Virus record (IMG/VR): IMGVR_UViG_3300007643_000268
Span: 1-41,908 of that record
Length of the DNA: 41,908 nt
Source: a virus
Taxonomy: Duplodnaviria; Caudoviricetes
Strand: one strand, 5' to 3'
Shown here piece after piece: positions 27,668 through 35,850 of this stretch. The stretch's first letter is position 1. Each line of letters starts with the position of its first letter. Both the position numbers and the translations under genes were made by a program. The notes under the pieces were generated by a model. That model did no database searches and was not told the origin of the DNA. It worked only from the letters and a program-made list of their open reading frames with translations.

Positions 27668-27955
27668 ATGAAACCCGCACCGCTTCGGCGCCAAACTCGT
27701 GCAGCCGATATCGAGGCTCTGGTCGGTGAATTGCGAGAGCATCTCAGGGCTGCGCGGGACTATGCGTTTCATTCGCTTGAAACAACTGGTGTCGCCGAGT
27801 TGCTCCCTCGCCCTTCGCAAAAGGAACTGGCCCATCGTCTGGATATCACGGCATCCCGCGTGAGTCGATCGATCAATGACCGGGATGCGCAGCAACTGAA
27901 ACTGCTTTGGAAACTGGCTGACGATGTCGAGGGGATCATGCGCTACGGACGATGA
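27668..27955 (+). CDS. HTH protein, possibly the C-terminal remnant of a longer regulator
   Basis: PSQKELAHRLDITASRVSRSI helix-turn-helix, no clear RBS. Confidence 0.6.
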   Translation: MKPAPLRRQTRAADIEALVGELREHLRAARDYAFHSLETTGVAELLPRPSQKELAHRLDITASRVSRSINDRDAQQLKLLWKLADDVEGIMRYGR

Positions 27956-28071
27956 AATTGCAGTTCGATGAATTATCTGCAACTGCAATTCAGAAAAACG
28001 AAACTGCAATTCAATGAAGAGAAAGGAGTTACGGTAAGCGTGAAGCGGACGAGATGAATTATCTGCAATTC
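27955..28071. promoter_or_regulatory. Operator-like repeat array upstream of the sigma gene
   Basis: GATGAATTATCTGCAA at 27967 and 28053, AACTGCAATTCA at 27981 and 28002, inverted AATTGCAGTT at 27956. Confidence 0.6.
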
Positions 28072-28132
28072 CGGCGGAGGTTGTTCGCAGTGCATCGGGC
28101 ACTGCATGAGTCACCTCTGACCGGAGTTCATC

Positions 28133-28840
28133 ATGACCGACAACGCAGTTCCTCAAAACACTTCCATTGACCTCGACCACGAATTCACCAAGGGGTTCGC
28201 TGCCCGCTACATCAGACGTAAGTCACGGCAACTGCTGGGACACGCTTCGCTAAGAAAGTCGGATCGGGCAGACGTCGAACAGGAACTCAAACTGGAGGTC
28301 TGGAAGGCCATTCCGAATTTTGATCCTGCTGCGGGCGACTGGAGATCCTTCGTCGCGACGATCGTGGAACGCCAAGCGGAGCAGCTGTTGATTCATCGCC
28401 GCGCTGCGAAACGGAACCAGAACAACGCGATTGAATCACTGGATGTCCTCGTCACCGATGCGGACGGCGTGGAAGTCTCCCTCGCTTCGCAGATTGGTCC
28501 GGATCACCGCTTCTCAGTCACTGGAGTTCAGCAGCTGGATGATCTTGAGCATACGGAACTACGCATTGACGTCGAGACAATCCTCGCTCCACTGACAGAT
28601 GATCAGCGCGAACTGCTTCATGAGTTGGCAGAACTGTCTCAGCTCGACGTTGCCTCTTTGCGTGGAATCTCTCGTCGTACACTCCGCGGGTTGCTCGAAC
28701 AGGCTCGTCGCCGAATTTTCATGACCGATGAAAATTCGGAAGTCCCTGCTTCTACTTGTGTTTGCGGCAGGAGTTCTCCATGCGAGTCAAAAAATATTGA
28801 AAAAGTGACCGCCCGTTTTCGCGCCGATTCAAAAGCCTAA
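28133..28840 (+). CDS. ECF-like sigma-70 family factor
   Basis: Region 2 DRADVEQEL...FDP..G.W.SFV..IV and region 4 LAPLTDDQREL..SQLDVASLRGISRRTL. Confidence 0.8.
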   Translation: MTDNAVPQNTSIDLDHEFTKGFAARYIRRKSRQLLGHASLRKSDRADVEQELKLEVWKAIPNFDPAAGDWRSFVATIVERQAEQLLIHRRAAKRNQNNAIESLDVLVTDADGVEVSLASQIGPDHRFSVTGVQQLDDLEHTELRIDVETILAPLTDDQRELLHELAELSQLDVASLRGISRRTLRGLLEQARRRIFMTDENSEVPASTCVCGRSSPCESKNIEKVTARFRADSKA

Positions 28841-28853
28841 CAGTAGAGGGACA
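28800..28853 (+). promoter_or_regulatory. 54-bp conserved element, copy 3 (upstream of the replication operon)
   Basis: AAAAAGTGACCGCCCGTTTTCGCGCCGATTCAAAAGCCTAACAGTAGAGGGACA, overlapping the sigma stop codon. Confidence 0.75.
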
Positions 28854-28883
28854 ACGAAAACGACACGCTAAACGAGGTCACCA

Positions 28884-29663
28884 ATGAGTTTACTACAGTC
28901 GATTGAGACGGGGCGATCACAAAAGCCCCGTCGGGTCATGCTCTACGGAGTTCACGGAATTGGGAAAAGTTCGTTCGGTGCGATGGCTCCCAATCCAATC
29001 TTCATTCAAACCGAAGATGGATTAGGCAATATCGACGCTGCGAGATTTCCATTGGCAGCATCGTTTGATGATGTCATGAACGCCATCACGGACCTCTACT
29101 CCGAGACGCATGATTTCCAAACGATTGTGATCGACAGTCTCGACTGGCTGGAGCGACTCATCTGGAACGAAGTGGTTCGCCGAAAGCCAACCACGGAGAA
29201 AGGCCGACAGGTCTCTTCAATCGAGGATTACGGATTCGCTAAGGGATACACTTTCGCGATCGATCTCTGGAAAGAAGTCCTGGACGGCCTGACCGCGCTT
29301 CGCGATGAACGTGGACTGCTGGTGGTTTTAATCGCTCATGCGAAGATCGAGCGATTTGAGAACCCCGAGACGGATGCCTATGACCGTTACTCACCACGAC
29401 TGAATAAGCATGCTTCGGCACTCATTCAGGAATGGTGCGACGAGGTGCTGTTCGCGACCTACAAGGTCCATACGAAACAGACCGATGAAGGGTTCGACAA
29501 GACGCGGACGCGTGGCATCGGCGCGGGTGACCGAATCATCCGCACGACGGAGCGGCCTGCTCACATGGCCAAGAATCGGATGGACCTGCCCGAAGAACTT
29601 CCGCTCAGTTTTTCAGCGTACGCAGAACATCTCAACATGCAGGTCAAAGCAACGGGCTCATAA
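28884..29663 (+). CDS. AAA_24 / Sak4-like phage ATPase
   Basis: Walker A YGVHGIGKS, Walker B IVIDSLDWLE, IAH and C-terminal AKNR. Confidence 0.88.
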   Translation: MSLLQSIETGRSQKPRRVMLYGVHGIGKSSFGAMAPNPIFIQTEDGLGNIDAARFPLAASFDDVMNAITDLYSETHDFQTIVIDSLDWLERLIWNEVVRRKPTTEKGRQVSSIEDYGFAKGYTFAIDLWKEVLDGLTALRDERGLLVVLIAHAKIERFENPETDAYDRYSPRLNKHASALIQEWCDEVLFATYKVHTKQTDEGFDKTRTRGIGAGDRIIRTTERPAHMAKNRMDLPEELPLSFSAYAEHLNMQVKATGS

Positions 29664-29865
29664 CAGCAGCCGTTCCCCGTGTTGACATGTTCATCGCGGA
29701 TGACCGGGACCAGGCAACTTCTACGGATGCCAGTCCCACGAAACAGCGTACACACACTTCCCTGTAAATGACGCGATCGCTCGTCGGCCGTGCATCTCAG
29801 AAGCGTCTGCGCTCCCGGTCTCTCTGCGTTTTTTAATCATCCCTGTTTATTTTGAGGAGACCTCT

Positions 29866-30354
29866 ATGGCTGACCTGCGTGGATTCGATGCAAACACTAT
29901 TGAACCGAACGACTCTTTCGATCCCGTACCAAATGGCGACTATCTCTGCATCATCTCATCTTCGGAAATGAAACCGACCAAGGCGGGTGATGGTGCGTAC
30001 CTCGAGCTGGAACTGGAGGTTATCGAAGGACCATGCAAGGGACGCAAGTTGTGGGATCGGTTGAATCTCAACAACGCCAACGAAACGGCGGTCAAGATTG
30101 CCAAAGGAACATTGTCAGCAATCTGCCGGGCGATCGGAGTGTTACAGCCAACCGACTCGTGCGAATTGCATGACATTCCACTGATGGTGAAAGTCGTCTG
30201 CAAGAAACGATCAGACACCGATGAACTCACCAATGAGGTGAAGGGGTACAAAAAAAGGGAAGCTCAGTCTCCCGTCTCAACCCCGAACTCTGCTCCGTCT
30301 TCCGCCGCTGCGGAGACGAATGGGTCCGTTCCACCATGGAAGCGGACTTCGTGA
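29866..30354 (+). CDS. DUF669 family SSB-like protein
   Basis: PVPNGDY..K.TKAGDG.YL.L....GRKLWD.LNL..NEVKGY..PPW, following the Sak4-like gene. RBS GAGGAG. Confidence 0.85.
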   Translation: MADLRGFDANTIEPNDSFDPVPNGDYLCIISSSEMKPTKAGDGAYLELELEVIEGPCKGRKLWDRLNLNNANETAVKIAKGTLSAICRAIGVLQPTDSCELHDIPLMVKVVCKKRSDTDELTNEVKGYKKREAQSPVSTPNSAPSSAAAETNGSVPPWKRTS

Positions 30355-30773
30355 TGGCTGACTCTGGAGACAGTGCTCTGTCTTTCCCGAACAGATCAGC
30401 AATGGTAGCCCCTCTTGAGTTTGTGCTGCCGTTCCCGCCGAGCGTCAACCGGTATTACCGGCATGTGGGCTACCGCACGCTCCTCAGCTGCGAAGGTCGT
30501 GAGTATCGCCAGCAGGTGTGCGCACTCCTCGCGGGGCGGGTCGGCCAGCCTCTTTCTGGTCCACTCGAAGTTCAACTCGATCTCTATCCTCCCGATCGCC
30601 GCCGTCGCGATTGGGATAAATTTCAAAAAGCGATCTGGGATGCGCTCCAACATGCTGGCGTTTATCAGGACGACAGCCAGGTGAAACGTGCGGTTGTCGA
30701 AATGCACGAGCCGGAACGAGCAAGTCGAGCTGAAATCTTCATTCAACCTCGCTGTCCTAAACAGGAATCTTGA
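30354..30773 (+). CDS. rusA: RusA family Holliday junction resolvase
   Basis: LPFPPSVNRYY...PPDRRRRDWDKFQKAIWDAL..AGVYQDDSQV. TGATG coupling to DUF669. Confidence 0.9.
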   Translation: MADSGDSALSFPNRSAMVAPLEFVLPFPPSVNRYYRHVGYRTLLSCEGREYRQQVCALLAGRVGQPLSGPLEVQLDLYPPDRRRRDWDKFQKAIWDALQHAGVYQDDSQVKRAVVEMHEPERASRAEIFIQPRCPKQES

Positions 30774-32458
30774 AATTGCAACTCCGTCCTTATCAGCAAC
30801 AGGCCGTTGAAGCTGCATATCAATATTTGAGAAATGAAGATGGCCATCCGGTCATCGTCCTGCCAACCGGTGCTGGCAAATCGATTGTGCTGGCGCAGAT
30901 CGTCAAAGACGCGGTCACACAATGGAATGGCCGAGTCCTGTTGCTGACGCACGTCCGTGAGTTGATCGAGCAGAACGCTGACAAGATTCGGGGACTTTGT
31001 CCGGAACTTTCCATCGGTGTGTATTCAGCGGGACTCAAGAAGCGGGACACCTCTCATTCCGTCATTTGTGCGGGCATTCAGAGTGTCTACGAACGTGCCT
31101 GCGAACTCGGTTCGTTTGATCTGATTCTGGTTGATGAAGCGCATCTGATCGGAGAACGCGACGACTCGATGTACGGCCAGTTTCTGGGCGACATGCGGGT
31201 TATCAATCCCGAGCATCGCGTGATCGGACTCACGGCCACTCCGTACCGGATGGATTCCGGTTCCATCTGTGGTTCTGATCAGATGTTTTCCGCGACATGC
31301 TTCGAAGTTGGTATTCGCCAACTCATCGCCGAGGGTTTCCTGTCAGCGCTCGTCACGAAGGCGGGCATGGCCAAAGTTGACACCAGCGGTCTGCATGTTC
31401 GCGCCGGCGAGTTTGTGGCCAGCGAAGTTGAAGCGGTCATGGATGAGGATGCGTTGGTCGAAGCAGCCTGCGCAGAAATTGTTGAACTGACCAGAGACCG
31501 TCAATCGGTTCTCATCTTTTCTGCTGGCGTCAAACACGGTCAGCACATTCAGAAGGTCTTTCAAGAACAGCATCAGCTCGAATGCGGGTTCGTCTCGGGT
31601 GAGACTGCAACCAGACAAAGGGATGAATTGCTGGCGAGGTTTCGTCGGGAGTTGTCCGACGGTCTGTTTGAACGTCAGCCGCTTAAGTATCTGTGTAACT
31701 GTCAGGTGCTGACGACCGGGTTCGATGCGCCCAATGTTGACTGTGTGGTCTTGCTTCGACCAACGATGTCGCCTGGGCTGTATTACCAGATGGTTGGTCG
31801 TGGCTTTCGGTTATCGCCTGGAAAAACGGACTGTCTGGTCCTCGATTACGCTGGCAACGTGTTACGTCATGGTCCGGTAGATCAACTCCAGATCACTGAA
31901 AAGTCGAACCGTGGTTCAGGCGATGGACCAGCCAAGGAATGCCCCGAATGTCGAGCCTTGATTGCAGCGGCCTATTCCGCCTGCCCTCAATGTGGATTTG
32001 AATTTCCAAAACCAGAGGCTCCCAAACATGAAGCTCACGCGTCGCAGGCTGGAATCCTTTCCGGTGACGTAACCGATAGTGAATTTGAAGTCCGTGACAT
32101 TACTTATAGCGTTCACATTAAGAAGGACGCCGGCGAAGATGCTCCAAAAACTCTTCGAGTCGATTATCGTCTCGGTCTCGACTACTGGGTCAGCGAATGG
32201 CTTTGCTTTGAACACACAGGCTGGCCACGTCGGAAAGCAGAACAATGGTGGAGAGCTCGTTCCCCCGATCCCTATCCCGATACTGCCCAACAGGCGAGTG
32301 ATCTCGCGAACAATGGCGCCCTGGCACATACCGAATTCGTGACGGTGCGTTCCGTCGCTGGCGAGAAGTTCGACCGGATTCACAGCTGCAAACTGGGACC
32401 AAAGCCGGAACCGAGTCCAGTTTGGGCGGCGGTCAACCTAGACGATGTCCCGTTCTGA
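30770..32458 (+). CDS. SF2 DEAH helicase (YejH/RadD-like) with Zn finger
   Basis: LRPYQ, PTGAGKS, DEAH, TATP, TGFD, QMVGRG.R, CPEC..CPQC. Confidence 0.92.
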   Translation: MKLQLRPYQQQAVEAAYQYLRNEDGHPVIVLPTGAGKSIVLAQIVKDAVTQWNGRVLLLTHVRELIEQNADKIRGLCPELSIGVYSAGLKKRDTSHSVICAGIQSVYERACELGSFDLILVDEAHLIGERDDSMYGQFLGDMRVINPEHRVIGLTATPYRMDSGSICGSDQMFSATCFEVGIRQLIAEGFLSALVTKAGMAKVDTSGLHVRAGEFVASEVEAVMDEDALVEAACAEIVELTRDRQSVLIFSAGVKHGQHIQKVFQEQHQLECGFVSGETATRQRDELLARFRRELSDGLFERQPLKYLCNCQVLTTGFDAPNVDCVVLLRPTMSPGLYYQMVGRGFRLSPGKTDCLVLDYAGNVLRHGPVDQLQITEKSNRGSGDGPAKECPECRALIAAAYSACPQCGFEFPKPEAPKHEAHASQAGILSGDVTDSEFEVRDITYSVHIKKDAGEDAPKTLRVDYRLGLDYWVSEWLCFEHTGWPRRKAEQWWRARSPDPYPDTAQQASDLANNGALAHTEFVTVRSVAGEKFDRIHSCKLGPKPEPSPVWAAVNLDDVPF

Positions 32459-32509
32459 TCTGGTAGTTTCAACAGCTGGAGAATTGCTGTGAAATGCTTG
32501 CCAACAGCG

Positions 32510-32542
32510 CTTGATGTGTCTTCGAAGTCATGGCTCAATGTG
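32510..32542 (+). promoter_or_regulatory. CTTGA-N17-GGCTCAnTGTG promoter-like motif, copy A
   Basis: Same boxes and the same 17-bp spacer as at 35257-35289. Confidence 0.5.
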
Positions 32543-32579
32543 TCGTGTCACGAACGATTCACCAACACCGGAGCCAACC

Positions 32580-32834
32580 ATGACAGACCAGAACAAGACT
32601 GAACGCGAACGAAACCTTAGAGACATCTTCCGCACGATGGATGCTCACAAAGCGCAGGAGATTCGCGAAGCCTACTACAACGCGGTCGAGGGACTGGGCG
32701 TCCTCGCGGAAACGCTTGAGATCGCCGATGCCGAGATGGGTAGCCCGCACGACCATGCCCTGATCGAAGAACACCTGATCGCCTGCCAGGCGATCGACGC
32801 GATGAAAACCAGCCTGCTCGGACGCATTCTCTAA
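32580..32834 (+). CDS. Hypothetical protein
   Basis: 84 aa, GGAG RBS before ATG 32580. Confidence 0.65.
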   Translation: MTDQNKTERERNLRDIFRTMDAHKAQEIREAYYNAVEGLGVLAETLEIADAEMGSPHDHALIEEHLIACQAIDAMKTSLLGRIL

Positions 32835-32975
32835 TAATACGGTCACCCTATTCGCGGGCTGACTCGCTTCAACGGGCACGCTCTTGAGCAGTCGCTCTGC
32901 TCGACATCCTGAGAGCTGACACATCTCTCTTAATCGCTCCACGGCTCATTCGAGCCGCCTCACGAAAGGAAATCT

Positions 32976-33284
32976 ATGCTGACGATGGAATTCATGCTGG
33001 CTTGTCTGATCCAGGCCACCGAAAGAGGAAAGCTCCGCTGGCGACGGGGATTTCGCAAGAACTGCTTCATCGCATTATTGGAAGTCGGAGCGGTTCGCAT
33101 TGAGCTTTTTCAGAACGCATTGCGGATTGTTTTTCTCGATGCGAACGGGATTCCGCGCTGGGAATTCTTCTGCTTATGTCGCTCGCCACATTCCTCAATT
33201 GGCGAACTGTTTGATCTGATCGAAGCGACTGAAAAAGTTAGACGTCAAGTTGTCAAAGAGATGCTCCACGAGTTGAACGGGTAA
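32976..33284 (+). CDS. Hypothetical protein
   Basis: RBS AAGGA; first of a tightly packed gene run. Confidence 0.6.
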   Translation: MLTMEFMLACLIQATERGKLRWRRGFRKNCFIALLEVGAVRIELFQNALRIVFLDANGIPRWEFFCLCRSPHSSIGELFDLIEATEKVRRQVVKEMLHELNG

Positions 33285-33287
33285 TTC

Positions 33288-33536
33288 ATGCTCGAATGTC
33301 CCACTTGTGGATCGCTGCTCCGTTTCGAAGGTGATCCCCATTTCTGCGAACCGCATCACGGCAGCCACATCTGCTTCAATCTGCCGCAAACTGAAGAAGA
33401 GCGAGTGATGGTCTCCGAAGGAGTGCGACAGATCTACAACATCCCGGAATCGTTCTGGTATCGAAATCGACCAAACGATCTGGAAATCGTCCGGCGGTTG
33501 AGAGCGGAGCAATCGTCGCAAGAGAAAGGATCGTGA
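33288..33536 (+). CDS. Small hypothetical protein with N-terminal CxxC (Zn-ribbon-like)
   Basis: CPTCG...CEPHHGSHIC; abuts both neighbours. Confidence 0.55.
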   Translation: MLECPTCGSLLRFEGDPHFCEPHHGSHICFNLPQTEEERVMVSEGVRQIYNIPESFWYRNRPNDLEIVRRLRAEQSSQEKGS

Positions 33537-34217
33537 ATGGCCCGCGTACTGGTCATTGGTGACACGCATTGTCCCGGTATGAAGACCGGCTATGTCCGGT
33601 TTTTGCAGCGAGTCGCTGACATGTACGACATCAACCGCGTGGTGCATATCGGTGATCTCGTCGATTGGGCTTCGATTTCGTATCACGAAAAAAGTCCCAG
33701 TCTGCGAAACGCTAGTTTGGAATACGCACGGGCGAAACGCCAGGTGGCATCGCTGACCAAAGCGTTCCCCAAAGCTGACTGGTTGATTGGGAATCATGAT
33801 GCTCTGACCGAACGACAGGCTGTCACCGCAGGTCTTCCACCGGAACTACTCCGAGATTACGCCGACATGTGGGAGGTTGATTGGACGATCCATCCTCGCT
33901 TTTCCAAGTTGATCATCGATGGAGTCATTTATTCCCACGGTGACAGTGGTTGCGGCGGCCAGGATGCAGCATTCAAGCAGGCCAAAGATTACTTTCGTTC
34001 GACCGTCATCGGTCACTTCCACAACCAGGCAGGCGCACGCTGGTGGGCCAATCCGGAATTCCGCGTGTTCGGACTCTCTGTTGGCTGCGGCATTGATGCC
34101 AGCAAGATGCAGTTCGAGTACGGACGCAAGATCACGAATAAACCGATTCTCGGTTGCGGCGTCGTGATCAACGGCAAGCACGCTTACTTCGAACCGTGGC
34201 TCCTGCGCAGCCGGTAA
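33537..34217 (+). CDS. Calcineurin-like metallophosphoesterase
   Basis: All five motifs present: DTH, GDLVD, GNHD, HG, GHFH. Confidence 0.9.
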   Translation: MARVLVIGDTHCPGMKTGYVRFLQRVADMYDINRVVHIGDLVDWASISYHEKSPSLRNASLEYARAKRQVASLTKAFPKADWLIGNHDALTERQAVTAGLPPELLRDYADMWEVDWTIHPRFSKLIIDGVIYSHGDSGCGGQDAAFKQAKDYFRSTVIGHFHNQAGARWWANPEFRVFGLSVGCGIDASKMQFEYGRKITNKPILGCGVVINGKHAYFEPWLLRSR

Positions 34218-34222
34218 CCATT

Positions 34223-34633
34223 ATGTTTTGTGGAGAATTGCTATTGAGTTTACTCAATGTTCTGAAACGCTTCGTTAGCGATGAACTGGCGAATGAGGGA
34301 ATCACTTCCGACTTGCTGGAGATGGTCAATCTCTCTGCCGAGTACAGCCCAGTGATCCCCTTCGCTGGCGGCGGCGTTGATGACGCAATCAAAGTTCGTC
34401 CCTGGGGATTTGTTGCGGACGATGTGCTGCCCGAAAAGTTTGAGGCCATACATCCCCTCGTAAAGAACCCCGTCGATCGGGATGCTTTGAAAGTCATGCG
34501 AGCCCGCTATCTCCTGGCTCGCGATGCTTATTACGGCCCCATTGTTCATCGCTACTTTCATGGATCACAAGATGATTGCGACTCTCGCACAAATGCAGTC
34601 ACCCCCATGCCAGCCACGGCAAACGGGAATTGA
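34223..34633 (+). CDS. Hypothetical protein
   Basis: Open frame between the phosphoesterase and the NDT-like gene. Start revised to ATG 34223. Confidence 0.5.
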   Translation: MFCGELLLSLLNVLKRFVSDELANEGITSDLLEMVNLSAEYSPVIPFAGGGVDDAIKVRPWGFVADDVLPEKFEAIHPLVKNPVDRDALKVMRARYLLARDAYYGPIVHRYFHGSQDDCDSRTNAVTPMPATANGN

Positions 34634-35000
34634 ACTTCGTTCATTGATTTACATCGCGGCTGCTTACACGCAACCAGATCCGGTTGAGAACACCCATGCA
34701 GTGATCAAAATCGCAGATGCCATGTTGGATGCTGGATTCACGCCGCTTATCCCACACCTGACTCTGGCCTGGCATCTCGTCTCGCCCAAAAAATACGAGA
34801 CATGGCTTGCATATGACTGCCAGTTACTGGCTCACTGTGACGCCGTACTACGCGTTCCCGGATTTTCCAGTGGCGCTACGCGGGAGACGCAATTCGCAGA
34901 CGCAGCCGGTATTCCGGTCATTCGACCCCGATCTGCTGATCCCGCCGACTGCGTCGCGGAACTGGTCGACCATCACTCCAATAAACAGGAAACACCATGA
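34593..35000 (+). CDS. DUF1937/DUF4406-like NDT-fold protein (start uncertain)
   Basis: LIYIAAAYT...PLIPH...LLAHCDAVLRVPG.SSGATRE...GIPV. Confidence 0.75.
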   Translation: MQSPPCQPRQTGIELRSLIYIAAAYTQPDPVENTHAVIKIADAMLDAGFTPLIPHLTLAWHLVSPKKYETWLAYDCQLLAHCDAVLRVPGFSSGATRETQFADAAGIPVIRPRSADPADCVAELVDHHSNKQETP

Positions 35001-35107
35001 AGGAATCAAAACCAATTCATTGCAGTGAATGTGAAGCAGTCAGTCGCGGCTGTGAAGATTGTCACCGCTGCATTCTCTGCTGCCGCTGCTCAGCCGGGGA
35101 AGGTTGA
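34997..35107 (+). CDS. 36-aa Cys-rich mini-protein
   Basis: MKESKPIHCSECEAVSRGCEDCHRCILCCRCSAGEG. RBS AGGA, ATGA overlap upstream and TGATG overlap downstream. Confidence 0.65.
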   Translation: MKESKPIHCSECEAVSRGCEDCHRCILCCRCSAGEG

Positions 35108-35301
35108 TGCAGAGTAAGACTCCCTCGATCGACAACGAGCCAAATGAACGTGTCACGGAGATTGCGGAGATCTTCGCAGCTGGTTTTCTGCGGCGGCAGA
35201 AGCTGAATAGGAAATGCGGCCATACAACGAATTGTGAGGATTCGTCCGCGACATGCCTTGAGTCTCGTGCGTTAACTCGGCTCACTGTGCCCACGGGTTG
35301 A
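35107..35301 (+). CDS. Small hypothetical protein preceding DUF2924
   Basis: ERVTEIAEIFAAGFLR motif, coupled to the upstream mini-ORF. Confidence 0.55.
   Translation: MQSKTPSIDNEPNERVTEIAEIFAAGFLRRQKLNRKCGHTTNCEDSSATCLESRALTRLTVPTG
35257..35289 (+). promoter_or_regulatory. CTTGA-N17-GGCTCAnTGTG promoter-like motif, copy B
   Basis: Ends 60 bp upstream of the DUF2924-recombinase operon. Confidence 0.5.
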
Positions 35302-35349
35302 CGATTGTGAGATCAGCCCGATCTCATCACCAACAAGAGGAGGCACAGC

Positions 35350-35850
35350 ATGTGGATGAACGTCACCAGAGAGCTGGCTGCATTGAAGCGAATGACAACA
35401 AAGGAATTAAAAGAAAAATACGAGGAAGTGTTCGACGAGCAATGTCGCTCGAACCATCGCCAATGGCTCATCAAACGCATCATCTGGCGAATGCAGGCCA
35501 ACCAGGAAGGAGACCTGAGCGAACGCGCTCGGCAACGAGCTGCGGAAATTGCCAATGATGCTGATCTTCGCATCAAGGCTCCGCCAAAGAAAAAAACAAC
35601 GACCGCATCGACAGCCGCCGTGAAAACGGCGGCTGTTTCCTTTTCCGCAGACAGTCGCCTGCCACTTCCCGGTGCAATCCTGACCCGCGAGTACAAAGGC
35701 CAGACGTATCAAGTCACCGTCCATTCGAACGGCTTTGAATGGGAAGGCGAAATCTACAAATCGCTCAGCGCCGTCGCAAATGCGATCACCGGAACGCACA
35801 CCAGCGGATATCTCTTCTTCCGCATTGAAAAGAAAGGAGGCAGCAAATGA
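35350..35850 (+). CDS. DUF2924 domain protein
   Basis: PGAILTREYKG..GFEWEG..YKSLSAVANAITGTHTSGYLFF. Strong RBS GAGGAGG, ATGA-coupled to the recombinase. Confidence 0.9.
   Translation: MWMNVTRELAALKRMTTKELKEKYEEVFDEQCRSNHRQWLIKRIIWRMQANQEGDLSERARQRAAEIANDADLRIKAPPKKKTTTASTAAVKTAAVSFSADSRLPLPGAILTREYKGQTYQVTVHSNGFEWEGEIYKSLSAVANAITGTHTSGYLFFRIEKKGGSK

Noticed and set aside
27632-28180. 182-aa minus-strand ORF
   Set aside because: Antisense to the HTH and sigma genes and runs through the operator repeats; shadow ORF.
13432-28853. 54-bp repeats as a CRISPR array or as attL/attR
   Set aside because: The three copies are kilobases apart, with no spacer periodicity or cas genes. They are internal to the element and oriented with operons.
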